DNA from: Anthoceros angustus
Taxonomy: Eukaryota; Plantae; Anthocerotophyta
DNA: 64,000 nucleotides
Assembly: GCA_010909165.1 (NCBI GenBank)
Contig: VJWM01000204.1
Coordinates: forward strand, 1-64,000
Direction: 5' to 3'
The notes beneath the pieces are model-generated. The model was not told the origin of the DNA and did no database searches. It was given only the letters and a program-made list of their open reading frames with translations. Numbering within the stretch: position 1 is the first letter of the stretch; every line of letters starts with the position of its first letter. Of this stretch, positions 12,701-25,042 are shown one piece after another. A program made the position numbers and the translations under genes.

Positions 12701-13319
12701 CGCCTAGCCTCGGAGGATAGGACACCCCTAGCCAATCTTAAGGACAAGCATGCAGGAAGGCGCCTCCTCGACGCCCGAGACGAAGGCCTTGAAGATGCGG
12801 TAATCCCTGTGGATTAGGAAATGGGAGGCCTAGATGCGGGTTGAGAGGACCAAGCTGCCGTCGCGATGCCTTGGCGCACTCTAAGGGGCCGCTCTTGCGA
12901 GGTAAGCAATTGCATTCATGTGAGCACTTCCTCAACGGACAACCAAGCAAAACAAGTCTAATATGCAAATACCAATTTGTAACACTAGGAGAGAGTAGCT
13001 TGCACGTTGTGGTTTTCCTCCCACACTCTCCCACGAGAACAACACGCAAATTGTCGGCACATGGCTCTGAGTGATAGCTTTGGCCTCCTCACAACTCTCT
13101 GCATCAGCATGAGAGACAAGTTATGATGTGAGCTTGTCCTTTGTGAAAGGGTCTATATAGATATACTAGTTTGGCATTGGCATATTCCTAAGATATCCTA
13201 TTGGCAGACGATATGGGAAATATCCAAAGAATACATAATATGCAAGGAATATGCTAAAGCATATAACTTGTGTTTATCCACTTAGTTATTGCTAACCATG
13301 TTTAATTAATGATATGCTT

Positions 13320-13660
13320 AATTAACATAACCACTTCATATTAATTAATTAATACTAATACTTACTTAATGATAAGTCATTAGATTAATTAATGCTAGAT
13401 ATAAATGAATTTAACCACTTATATTAATTAATACTAATTACTTACTTAATGATAAGTCATTAGATTAATTAATGCTAGATATAAATGAATTTAACCACTG
13501 TTAATTAATTAATACTAATTACTTACTTAATGATAAGTCATTAGATTAATTAATGCTAGATATAAATGAATTTAACCACTTATATTAATTAATTAATACT
13601 AATTACTTACTTAATGATAAGTCATTAGATTAATTAATGCTGATATAAATGAATTTAACA
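13320..13660. repeat. AT-rich ~80-bp tandem repeat x4 (example; also ~24670-24920, 29215-29388, 33625-33885, 39250-39530, 43985-44240, 49825-50165, 54760-55017, 60235-60482; 2-4 copies each)
   Basis: Unit: TTAATTAATTAATACTAATAACTTACTTAATGATAAGTCATTAGATTAATTAATGCTAGATATAAATGAATTTAACCAC. Confidence 0.92.
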
Positions 13661-13749
13661 TAAATCAGCACTATCTCTTTCTAAAATAGATGCCAATATA
13701 CCAATCGACACCTTAAAATTTACCAATTTACTAGTCCAATTCATTCTAG

Positions 13750-14493
13750 TTTCCTGGGTAAATTACCCAAAGGGCGAGACCTAAATCAAAAGATTTCCTC
13801 CGCACCATGAACTTAAAAATCTCACATTCTTGCAAATATCTTTTAATAATTCTATGATCTACGGTTAAGGTTTGTTCAATGAAGATTCATGTTCTCCTTT
13901 ACGGAGGGATGAGTTTATGCATGTATTCCTATGTGCTAACGAATTCATTCTCTACTTGTTCTCGGTTTCCCTAGAGGGCACGTAAATTACCCAAAGGCGA
14001 GACCTAAACCGAAAGATTTCCTCCGCACCATGAACTTAAAAATCTCACATTCTTGCAAATATCTTTTAATAATCGTGTGATCTACGGTTGTTAAGGTATG
14101 TTCCATGAAGATTCATGTTCTCCTTTATAGAGGGATGGGTGTATGCATGTGTATTCCGTGTTAACGAATTCATTCTTTCTACTTGTTCTCGTTTCCCTAG
14201 AGGGCACGTAAATTACCCAAAGGCGAGACCTAAACCGAAAGATTTCCTCCGCACCATGAACTTAAAAATCTCACATTCTTGCAAATATCTTTTAATAATC
14301 GTGTGATCTACGGTTGTTAAGGTTTGTTCAATGAAGATTCATGTTCTCCTTTATAGAGGGATGAGTTTATGCATGTATGTTCCGTGTGTTAATTCATTCT
14401 CTCTACTTGTTCTCAGTTTCCCTAGAGGGCACGTAAATTACCCAAAGGGACCTAAACCGAAAGAAATACTCCTATTTATCAATCTTTAAAATT
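13750..14493 (+). repeat. ~230-bp exon/intron modules x3 (ABA), unit 2
   Basis: Donors at ~13870, 14096, 14322. Confidence 0.9.
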
Positions 14494-15305
14494 ATGGAGT
14501 CCACAATGAAAATTGAAGTGAGAATGTTTTGAAGAAAGATACATATGTGGAAAATGTATTGAAGGAGGTTTTTCCAAAGTCTATGAATGCTATGACAAAT
14601 ATACGGGAAAGATATTTGCCTGCAAAATTATGAAAAATCTAAAGACATAAATGATGCAATATGTAGAGAGATCAACACTCTTGATCTCTTCCAAAATATT
14701 CTCATATTATTAACACAAAAAGTGTTCATGAGGATATTGAACATATTTATATTGTGATGGAGCTATGTACCAATGGTACACTAAAGGATGAACTAAAAAG
14801 GGGAGCTTATTGTGAAGAGGATGCAAAAATACTTATGTTTAACCTAATGGAGGCAATCAATTTTGCCATGTATAATGTTATGCATCGCGATTTGAAACCG
14901 CTAATATACTATTATTTAGCCGTCTCAAAGTCATACTAGCGACTTTGGTTTGTCATTCCATGTCTCCAAAACGAACATGAATTATTGTGCAGGAGCTGCA
15001 GGAACCCCATGTTACATGGCTCGGAGGTATTGGAGTCAAGACGATGTAAACATAAGCTATACTTCAAAAGCCGATATTTGGAGCGCAGGAGTCATTTTGT
15101 ATGAAGTTTTAACCGGAAATCCCTTATATAGGATATGAGTTCGACGAAAGAAGAATGGATAACTCAATTGGACCTAGATGAGTGGCCCAACATGTCACAC
15201 CTAAGTGAAAGATCTACTACACTCAATGTTACATTTAGAACAAGAGTGTAGACCGGATGACAAGTTCTAAACCATTCTTGGTTTTGCTCGCTATCTTATA
15301 TATGA
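14494..15305 (+). CDS. Ser/Thr kinase copy 2
   Basis: Near-identical to copy 1; ORF pieces MMELCTNGTLKDELKRGAYCEEDAKILMFNLMEAINF..HRDLKP and AGAAGTPCYMA..DIWSAGVILYEVLTG. Confidence 0.85.
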
Positions 15306-15882
15306 AAGATAGTAATTTTATTATATAAGAACTTTTATTTGTATTATATATTTTTAATATAATGATTTTTATTTTAACTTTATTCATAATTTCATTAAAC
15401 CACTCTTGGCCTCTTTCTTGTGAAAGTCTTCAAGCCATGCAAGCGGACCATGAAATTGATGTAGTGAAGCTAAGATTGGAGTATATCGCTATGTGTTTAG
15501 CGTGAGTCTTGTTTTGGTCATTGTCATAGCATGGCATAATAGCATCGGACAATTTCTTCTTCTATAGCTACGCATATTATAGTTACTAAATCGCATGTTA
15601 GAATCTTGACGGGTTCGCAAACCCCGACCGGCTCTAAGCGGCTGCTCAACGTGCTTGTGGGACGACCACACCAAGGGTGTGCGAATGTTTTGAATCATGA
15701 GCCGAGCAAGTGAACGTGGCCGAGGCGGAGTGTGAAGATGGCGGCGCGAGAAGGAAAATTGGCATTTAGAAAACGCTATTGTTGAAGTCCCACCTGCGCC
15801 CCACGAGAGAGAACTCCCACCGGCAGGCAATGGACACCCGCTGTCAAAGAAGCCATCACACAAGAAAGGGGGGTGGTTGCAG

Positions 15883-16229
15883 TGTCAGCCTTGATGCATG
15901 GAGGAATCAAGCGTGGCCGCCTTGATGATAGATGCTAGCATGCGTGATCGGTGAGCAGATGGACCGCAGTTGAAGCGAGGAAGACTAGAACGATTAGGGT
16001 TGGAAGGTCAAGTTGAGGCAAATAGGCCAACCACGGTTAAATGGAAGTCGATTAGGCTAACCTAGATGACACTAACCTAGCTAGCTAGTAACGACTCGAA
16101 CCCCTCAAGGAGAAAAGGACACGTGCACGAGGAGCGGAGGCTACCACCCGCCTCCCAAGAATCAAGAGCCCTCTCGCATTCCATCCGCACTTCGTGTCTT
16201 GGTCTCCGCTCCGAGGAATGCCGATTACA
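15883..16229 (+). repeat. 5' LTR (347 bp)
   Basis: TGTCA...TTACA; shares an identical core AATAGGCCAACCACGGTTAAATGGAAGTCGATTAGGCTAACCTAGATGACACTAACCTAGCTAGCTAGTAAC with 23118-23464. Confidence 0.92.
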
Positions 16230-16232
16230 TCT

Positions 16233-16243
16233 TGGTATCGAGG
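16233..16243 (+). promoter_or_regulatory. Primer binding site, initiator tRNA-Met type
   Basis: TGGTATCGAG 3 nt after the LTR; canonical form is TGGTATCAGAGC. Confidence 0.8.
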
Positions 16244-16514
16244 ACGCGGTGCCGAATAATGGATCCGAATAGCTGAATGGATGACGGCGATTTGACCAAG
16301 AACACTGCCGAGTGGGGAAGTGACGGCTAGGGGCAAGGAATGTGGGGACTGTGGCGGGAAGTTGTTATTCACCGAGATGGATGGCGGTGGGGACAAGAGC
16401 ACGGACCTTTGAAGGTGCAGGAGCGTTTGCTCGAGGTCAAGTGAGTGCAAGGCGTTGGTGGTAGAGGATTGGGATCGAGTGGAAGAACGATGGGGAATTC
16501 ATTGCGATGCGCCG

Positions 16515-17962
16515 CAAGAAGGAAGGAAAAGCTGGAAAGAAAGGCAAGGAGGGACAAAAGAAGTGTTGGTTGGAGGAGGGCAGCGAGATTGTAATACCTT
16601 TCGGATTGATCAATGCGCCTACAATGATTCGAAGGTGTGTTTGCTTGAGCACAATCCTTGCTTTATGGCGCCTCTAGACGCAAGATAGAGTAAGAGGCCT
16701 CCAGGCCGGTCATTTCAGAATCATGTCGCAAGCGGAAGCCCAGAGCTCAAACTTGGCTTCTTGTGAGCACGTGTGCAAGACGATGTTCTTGAATAGTAGA
16801 GGAGCCGAACGGAGCGACAGAGCTTGGTGTCCGAAATGCCAATGAATGTGTCGTAGCGAAATTTGCCATTCCACATGCATGAGAAGCAATCGGTCGGTTT
16901 CCAGACCACCACGGTTTTAAGATCGGGTGTTTCGATCACCATTGATCAATACACGTGTGAGAGAGCAATTCTATTCGTGATGGTCAAACACGTTGAGCAC
17001 GCAAGAAGGAAGGAAAATGGAAAGAAAGGCAAGGAGGGACAAAAGAAGTGTTGGTTGGAGGAGGGCAGCGAGATTGTAATACCTTTGATTGATCAATGCG
17101 CCTACAATGATTCGAAGGTGTGTTTGCTTGAGCACAATCCTTGCTTTATGGCGTCTCTAGACGCAAGATAGAGTAAGAGGCCTCCAGGCCGGTCATTTCA
17201 GAATCATGTCGGCAAGCGGAAGCCCAGAGCTCAAACTTGGCTTCTTGTGAGCACGTGTGCAAGACGATGTTCTTGAATAGTAGAGGAGCCGAACGGAGCG
17301 ACAGAGCTTGGTGTCCGAAATGCCAATGAATGTGTCGTAGCGAAATTTGCCATTCCACATGCATGAGAAGCAATCGGTCGGTTTCCAGACCACCACGGTT
17401 TTAAGATCGGGTGTTTCGATCACCATTGATCAATACACGTGTGAGAGAGCAATTCTATTCGTGATGGTCAAACACGTTGAGCACGCAAGAAGGAAGGAAA
17501 AGCTGGAAAGAAAGGCAAGGAGGGACAAAAGAAGTGTTGGTTGGAGGAGGGCAGCGAGATTGTAATACCTTTCGATTGATCAATGCGCCTACAATGATTC
17601 GAAGGTGTGTTTGCTTGAGCACAATCCTTGCTTTATGGCGTCTCTAGACGCAAGATAGAGTAAGAGGCCTCCAGAGGCCGCAGTCGCTCAAAGAATCATG
17701 TCGCGGCGGAAGCCCATTGCTCAAACTTGGCTTCTTGTGAGCACCTGCAGACGACAGTTCTTGAATAGCTTGTAGAGGAGTAACGGAGCGACAGAGCTTG
17801 GTGTCCAAATGCCAATGAATGTGTCCGGTAGCCATTCCACATGCATGAGAAGCAATCGGTTTCACCAGACCAGCCACGAAGACTGGGTGTTTCGATCACC
17901 ATTGATCAATACACGTGAGAGAGCAATTATTCGTGATGGTCAAACACGTTGAGCACGCAAGA
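16515..17962 (+). repeat. Three ~485-bp direct repeats in the retrotransposon 5' leader
   Basis: GCAAGAAGGAAGGAAAA..GGGACAAAAGAAGTGTTGG starts at ~16515, ~17001 and ~17485; the third copy is more diverged. Confidence 0.92.
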
Positions 17963-18899
17963 ATGCGAGAACCGCCCATTGATCTTGGAGGATACGGAGT
18001 CAACATTTGTGACGCGAGTGGACCGTCATTGTGACTAGCCTTGCTACATGTGCGAGAGGCGAACCGGCGATTGTAGAGACACCGGCGATTTTGCGGTGAA
18101 GCGACATGGATAGCGACACTGCCTCCTCGAGGTGCAGAGAACAAGATCCTTGGCGATGTGAACCCGACTCGGATGTCGAGCCTCCAACCCTTCAGGTGTG
18201 AGGTCGAGAGGCGGCGAAGGCGCAAGAAAAGCCGCCGAGGAAGCCCAGTTGAGCCTCGAATGTAAAATGCTGCTACGCCGAGCGAGGTCAGCCGTGAGAA
18301 GGAATGTGGTAGAGGAAGGAGAGGTCGACTGCACTACTCAAGGAGTTGCGTAAATGGCACATGTGCTCAAAATATGAATGATGATGCGATGTGGATGCCA
18401 CGCGTGAGTTGGAGGTGCGAGCCGTGTGGAAGCCGAATTCCGATGATTCTTCAACGCACCTTGCGAACAACGAAGCACAAGAAAATTGATGGCAATTCTT
18501 GGCTCAGTCAAGGGGAGATGGCCCTACGAGAGAGATGTTGCAAGGAGGAATTCAACGCCCCGACTCGACAAGGCCTGCATTATGCCATATGTCAAGAGCG
18601 AGCCAATTCCAAATCGTGAAGCCGAGAGAAGAGTCGAGAGGGTAGCTAACGTGACGCGGAGAACTTGAAGGGCTTGTCAACATAACGACACGTAGCAACA
18701 CCCACCGCAAATCAAGAGACTCCAGAACTAAAACAGCGGATGATTCGGGTCTAGGTGAAGAAGAGCAAAGTGACCCACGCAGTCGACATGGCCGGAGGTC
18801 TAAGTTGCAAGACATGAACGGGCTCAAGCACGAGAGCTCAAGAACAAGGAAAGGGGAGGCGAGCATTCGATGAGGGTCCAGAGCCTACCAAGAACGATT

Positions 18900-19700
18900 T
18901 ATTTGAGGAAGAGAGCCAAGTTTGAGACATCGAGTCAAGATAGGAGTCCTACAAAGCCGCAAGAGTGGACTCAAGCTTTCGTATATTTTGAAGCGTGAAA
19001 ATGATCGAGAAAGAGAAAATCGATCTCACGCACATTATACTCATTTGGCGAGGGCGTGGTGGAGAATAGAAGAGAAGCCGCAAAGGGGAGAAGCCACCGT
19101 CCTCTCATGGGAAGTGATGAAAGTCAAGTCCTCCAAAATTTTCTGCCCAAGGACCACAAGGAACGTTGTTGGTCAAGATGGTATGCCCTCAAGCATACAG
19201 CTCCTTAGAGGAATTTCACTTGAGTTTCATGAAAACCATGCTCAAGTTACGACTTGGAGCAAGGTTAGCTAGATATTGTGATCTGTGCCAGTATAAGTTG
19301 GGAATTAAGAACGCGTTGCTCAGCTTGAAGAGGCCATGCCGCCATGGATATAGAAAATTATAGCGTGAAAACGTTAGCTCCAGGCCGCAATGGCAGCCAA
19401 TCCGTGCAAGGAGGGTGACCTTACCAAGCAAAGTATAGTGGCCAGCACATGGAAGCCAAGGTCGAGCGCACGAGCACCAACGCCAACCAACAAAGAAGAG
19501 TCAAGCCGATTGAATTCAAACAAAGAAGAAAGGGGAGAAGAAGGAATTCATGACGAAGGCCTATGCTTCATTTGCTCCCCGATCACATATCCGGACATCC
19601 ATATGGAGCCTTATACGGCAAGTGGTCGAGCAAGGAAGAGCACCATTGGCCTGCAGAGGCGTCAGCCAACGCATGGATAGATTGGCAAAATCGATCCGAA
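18900..19700 (+). mobile_element. gag: gag (frameshifted)
   Basis: ARAWWR..SWEVMK..F.P retrotransposon gag signature; GLCFIC zinc-knuckle start at ~19558. Confidence 0.7.
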
Positions 19701-19789
19701 TGTCATGACAGAAGAACAAAGGAGTAGAGATCGACTAGACAGAATGAGCAAGAAAGGTCCAAGTGTTATGAACACCTCAAGCACAGATC

Positions 19790-22700
19790 GCTGACAGTTG
19801 AGGGATTGTTGGGAGGCAAACGAGTCACTTTCTTAGTGGATGGAGGATCCTCACACAGCTACGTAAGAGCAGATGCGGCCAAAGACGCCCCAGAAGCCAT
19901 GTGGTATAGCACACAAACACAACAGCGAATGAAGTTAGCCAATGGCATGGTGGAGAAGGTAACCTTACACGAAATTCTGACCAGCATCAATATTTAGGGA
20001 TACACTGACCAGGTCAGACTTGAGGTTATCGATGCTCTAGCACATGAAGTGCTACTGGGGCAAGATTGGTTGTGGAAGGTTGACCCCAACATCTCGTGAA
20101 GCACGAAATAGCGTTGCAATGGCAAGGCAAAGAGTTGAAGTTGCAAGGAGCCTCCTTGCTAAGGACAAGTTGTTCTCAACAAGAAATGCTAGGAGGGCAC
20201 TCAAAAGAGGGAAGTTGAGTATGCTCGTTCTCACAATTGTTGCCAAGTAGAGCACGCATAAATTGGTCGGCCAGTGGGAGAGGTACCTTCGAGTTGCAAG
20301 AAGTCTTGGACGCCTTTGAAGATGTCTTCTCCGAGATGCGGCCCCAAGGAGAGACGTAGATCACGCTATAGACTGGTGGTGAGGCCCCAGAGGCCCCATA
20401 CAGCTTGCTCTGGAGAACATGCAGTCCAAGCAGAGATAGCTTGTTAAAGAAAGGGTTAGTAGAGCCATCTCAGATCACCATATCGCACTGCTCATCGTGA
20501 AACATAGAAACGGCAAAATCCGCATGTGCATTGACTATAGGGTCTGAATGCAACAACTCAAGAATCGCCCAAATGCCAAGAATAGAAGAGATACTTGACA
20601 ACCTAGTAGGCGCCAAGATTTTCAGCAAGGTTGATCTTCGTGGCTTTCACCGACACGATCCGGCTGGAGATGAGTATAAACCGCATTGACGAGAGGTACG
20701 GCCACTTGTTCTCGTGTTGCCTTCGGCATGACAAATGCACCAGCAACCTTCACAACGCTCATGACCAAGATATTGCGGCCCTACCTCGGAAATTTGTAGA
20801 AGTTTTCGTTGATGATATCTTAGTGTACTCCAAGGATGCCCGGAGCATAAGCAACACCTAGTATTAGTGCTCACCCGAGAGAACACCAATTGTATGCAAG
20901 GAAAGCAAAGTGCGAGTTCTTCCAAGAGGGTAAACTACCTTGGGTTCATCGCCTCGCGAGAGGTGGATCGTAAAGGTGCGTTGCATTGTGGAGTGGCCAG
21001 CCTAATGACTTGTCAGGTGCGCAATTCTTAGGCATGTGTGTACAAATGAGGAGTTTCATACCACAATATGCGAAGATAGAAGTCCGACAAACTTGACTTG
21101 CAAGGCATCCAAGTTTCCAATGTCAAGAGGCCAAAGTGGCATTTCAGATGAAGAAAGCGGTGACTAAGTCGCTATTCTTACCTTGGATATGGAGAAGCCA
21201 TTTGTGGTAAGAACCGACGCATCAAATCTAGCCCTAGGTGTCAGATCGCAACAAGATGGAAAGAGTGTAAGTTTCCTATCAAGGAAACTCCAAGGCGCAG
21301 AGTGCAATTACACAACTCACGATAAGGAGCTTGGGGTTTATGCACTAAAAGCTTGGAGACATTACCTCTATGGGAGTGAGTTTGTGGTATACATGCACCA
21401 TCGTAGCTTGGAGCATTTTTTCAAGCAACCTTTGTTGAACCCGATAAACAAGGTGGCGAGTACTGCGATTTCCACTTCACGATCTCCTACTCCCTGTAAG
21501 GCAAATTTAATGCCGATGCTCGAGCGTAAGAAGGTGTAGTGTCTTTGCTCAGTGGAGTCCGACATGTGGAAGGAGGTGAGGGAGTCGACCAAAGATGAGC
21601 ATTTGAGTAACATCCTACGCAAGTTGGAGGACGTGTCACTACCGGGCACCCTCGAGCTTGGGGGAGATACAAGACTCATCAAGGCATCTATATAGAAAGG
21701 GAAGCTTTGCATACCCGCATGTTGCTCAAGCTTGAAGCTAACCTTGCTCCATGATGCACATGATGCTCCTACAGCAGGGCACATGGGCATGGAACTTATC
21801 AGCGTTTGAAGGAACATGTGTGGTGGAAGGGCATGCGAGCAGAGTGTATAGAGTATGTAAGAACATGCTTACCTTGTCAGCAAACGAAGGTTGAAAGGAA
21901 GTCTCCAGTAGGACTCTTGATGCATGCAAGTCCTCCGAGAAGTGGCAAAGCATGTCATGCGATTTCGTGACTTGCCTTCCCAAGACTCAAGAGGAAATGA
22001 CGCCATCCGGTTTGCATGGACAGAGCTACTAAATTGGCTCACTTTATTCCGAAGGGTACTATAAAGGCCAAGTCATTAGCTCCCATTTTCCTCAAGGTGA
22101 GACCGCACGGGTGCCACAGGAGATAGTGAGCGATCGAGATTCCAAGTTCACATCGAGTTTTGACCGCCGCAAGAGCCTAGGCATCAAGCAATGTCGAGCT
22201 CGCTACCATGCACTGATGGAGCCGAGAAGTTGAACTGACCATGGAGGACTTGCTCGACCTTACGCCATGACAAGCAAGTGGGAAGAAGTGCGCCTTGGTG
22301 GAGTTTGCCTACAACTCGCAAAGCATTCAAAGAACGGATACTCACCCTTCAAAATGATTTATGGCAAGAACTTGCCCTCCGTGTCTGGGCTGTTGGGTGG
22401 CGAGCCAAAGTCGACGGAGCTAAGTGAAGAGATGCATGAAGCCCTTAACGATGCCATCCTGCGTATGCAAGTCGTGAATCAGCACAGAGCCACACACGCC
22501 AACAAGAAGAGACGCGATGAGCAGCACGAGGTAGGAGATCTGGTATGGCTGAGAGTCAAGCCAAATCGTTACTCCTGTCTACAAGAAGGTAAGGCAAAGT
22601 TGGCATACAGGTATGTGGGACCTTTTGCCGTGAGTAAGAAAATTTCTGCAGTTGCTTACCAGCTCGACTTGCCCACCAGGAAGATGTGCAGCTTTTGTCC

Positions 22701-23079
22701 TTGCTTAAGAAGTTTGTGGGAGAGCCTCCACAAGTTCCTAGACGATGGACCCACCGGCCAAGCATCGCCTAAGAAGAGCGCAACATCGGCCGATGGAGGG
22801 TACTGTTGCAACGAATTTCTACAACCTAGGAGAGAAGGACCCAACGCCAAGCTGAGCTGCCAGAAGAAGGAGGAGGGAGTGCGAACTTGCAGAAGACGCA
22901 AGTTCAAGCTGTGTGACCAGCTCATCTTCCAACCAGAGATTCTCGACGCCGAGCGAGTGTTGCAGGCAGACCGTGAAGGAATACTTGGTGAGGAGGCGAC
23001 CATCAAGAGGACCCGAGTTGGGAAACCAAGCCTTCATCGAAACTTTTCAACACCTCAAGAAACCCAAAGCGGAGAATGA
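19790..23079 (+). mobile_element. pol: pol: protease-RT-RNase H-integrase-chromodomain (frameshifted)
   Basis: FLVDGGSSHSYV; RMCIDYR; FVEVFVDDILVYS; FVVRTDASNLALG; NYTTHDKEL; WRHYLYG; HDAPTAGHMG; IVSDRDSKFTS; GYSPF; VGDLVWL..YVGPFAV..AYQLDLP; EILDA..VKEYLVR (chromodomain-like). Confidence 0.93.
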
Positions 23080-23101
23080 AGCGAGGCCCTCGATGCTCGC
23101 T

Positions 23102-23117
23102 AGAGGAAGGAAGAGGA
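23102..23117 (+). promoter_or_regulatory. Polypurine tract
   Basis: AGAGGAAGGAAGAGGA immediately before the 3' LTR TG. Confidence 0.88.
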
Positions 23118-23464
23118 TGTCACGTCATAAATGCGAGGGAGCGGACAAGCGAGACAAGCCCGACTTGATGATAGATGCTAGCTATGTGATCGGTAGCTAC
23201 CCAGAGCTAGCGTAGGAAGGCGCGACAAAGCGGACTAGGCGCGCATTAGGAAGCTGGTTGAGGCAAATAGGCCAACCACGGTTAAATGGAAGTCGATTAG
23301 GCTAACCTAGATGACACTAACCTAGCTAGCTAGTAACCCGACTCGAGAACCCGGTCAAGGAGAAAGGACACGTGCAGACGAGGCGGAGGCTACTTGCTCC
23401 CAAGAATCAAGACGGCTCTCGCATTCCATCTGCAGGCCTTGTGTCTTGGTGTGGAATGCCGACA
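23118..23464 (+). repeat. 3' LTR (347 bp)
   Basis: TGTCA...GACA; homologous to 15883-16229. Confidence 0.92.
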
Positions 23465-24050
23465 GGCAGTAGGCTTTAGCACAGCCTTGATGAACTCGAG
23501 AAATCCTTGCCCATGGCCCGTGAGTCTCGATGGCAGGGGATGAAGGCGTGGCCCTTCTTGCATGGGCGAGTACTTGTGAGCGTTCGTTGTCGCATCTCCG
23601 CCACCCAACTGGAGGGTTGATGATGACGATGCTTGCAGACGGTGTCCGGCAAGGTCATTGCACCACATCCACGGAAACTGGTCCCCCCTCGGCCGTCGAG
23701 AACATGGCGTCGCAGACGGCGTGATCACGTGTGCTGGCGCCCGCCCTGGAGGCGAGGGCTACGGCAGTCTAAAGAGAGCGAGCCAAAGGTTGGACCAAAC
23801 CAGGCGGAACCTCATCGCGGTAGAAAAGAAGCCGGTGCGACTCGAAATACCTTGATGCAAGGTCGGGCTAGAAGCCATGAACACTCCCTTCCCGAGCAAG
23901 AGCGGAGGCGAGCTCGAGCTGGTCAAGGAATGGAGGAATCGAGGAGCAAAGCCAGTGCGTGCCCATACAAGTTTCTTCTCATGGAGGGAGGCCAAAGCCT
24001 GTGACCCGTCCAGAGCGAGGCAGAATGCGGCATGACCGCCCTAGCCTCGG
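23465..24050 (-). mobile_element. CRE-like remnant, unit 2 (the rest lies at ~15810-15882, on the other side of the chromovirus)
   Basis: Same nucleotide sequence as the unit 1 remnant. Confidence 0.75.
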
Positions 24051-24955
24051 ATAGGACACCCTAGCCAATCTTAAGGACAAGCATGCAAGGGAAGGCGCCC
24101 TCCTCGGCCCGAGGCCTTGAAGATGCGGTAATCCCAGGATTAGGAAATGGGAGGCCTAGATGCGGGTTGAGAGGACCAAGCTCAAGCGTCGTGCGGATGC
24201 CTTGCGGCGCACTCTAAGGGCCGCTCTTGTGAGGTAAGCAATTGCATTCATGTGAGCACTTCCTCAACGGACAACCAAGCAAAACAAGTCTAATATGCAA
24301 ATACCAATTTGTAACACTAGGAGAGTAGCACACGTTGTGGTTTTCCTCCCACACTCTCCCACGAGAACAACACGCAAATTCGCACATGGCTCTCGGAGTG
24401 ATAGCTTTGGCCTCCTCACAACTCTCTTGCATTGCATATGTAGAGGACAAGGACAAGTTATGATGTGAGCTTGTCCTTTGTGAAAGGGTCTATATAGATA
24501 TACTAGGCCTTGGCATTGGCATATTCCTAAGATATCCTATTGGCATGCATGTGCCGAAATATCCAAAGAATACACCATAATATGCAAGGAATATGCTAAA
24601 GCATATAACTTGTGTTTATCCACTTAGTTATTGCTAACCGTGTTTAATTAACGAATCGATGCTTAATTAACATAACCACTTATATTAATTAATACTAACT
24701 TACTTAATGATAAGTCATTAGATTAATTAATGCTAGATATAAATGAATTTAACCACTTATATTAATTAATTAATACTAATAACTTACTTAATGATAAGTC
24801 ATTAGATTAATTAATGCTAGATATAAATGAATTTAACCACTTATTAATTAATTAATACTAATTACTTACTTAATGATAAGTCATTAGATTAATTAATGCT
24901 AGATATAAATGAATTTAACATAAATCAGCAGCACTATCTCTTTCTAAAATAGATG

Positions 24956-25042
24956 CCAATATACCAATCGACACACGGCTGAAAATTTACCAATTTACTA
25001 GTTGCCAATATGAAGCCCGGTAGTTTCTCATGGGGTATAAAT
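24956..25042 (+). promoter_or_regulatory. Candidate Pol II core promoter of the kinase gene: four CCAAT motifs plus TATAAAT (example; TATA also at 29504, 33999, 39643, 44354, 50284, 55130, 60599)
   Basis: CCAAT at 24956, 24964, 24990, 25005; TATAAAT at 25036-25042, about 110 bp before the first splice donor. Confidence 0.6.

Larger units (their letters stand above)
15883..23464 (+). mobile_element. Full-length Ty3/Gypsy chromovirus LTR retrotransposon inserted in unit 2
   Basis: TG..CA LTRs at both ends, PBS, PPT, gag-pol with chromodomain; flanks TGCAG (15878-15882) and GGCAG (23465-23469); host unit sequence resumes right after the element. Confidence 0.95.

Noticed and set aside
11890-12710. 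Plus-strand ORFs over the RLE remnant (MNWRNPCPWPRES..., MMQGRARSHE...)
   Set aside because: Shadow frames of GC-rich sequence; the recognisable motifs are on the minus strand.
14115-14306. Short ORFs in the modules (e.g. MFSFIEGWVYAC...) as an N-terminal protein repeat
   Set aside because: They start inside predicted introns, vary with indels and do not join the kinase frame consistently.
15611-15640. GGGTTCGCAAACCCC as a tRNA/SINE B-box or Helitron 3' hairpin
   Set aside because: Deviates from GGTTCGANTCC with no A-box or cloverleaf. The nearby CTAA is not followed by T, and no 5' TC end or Rep/helicase is evident.
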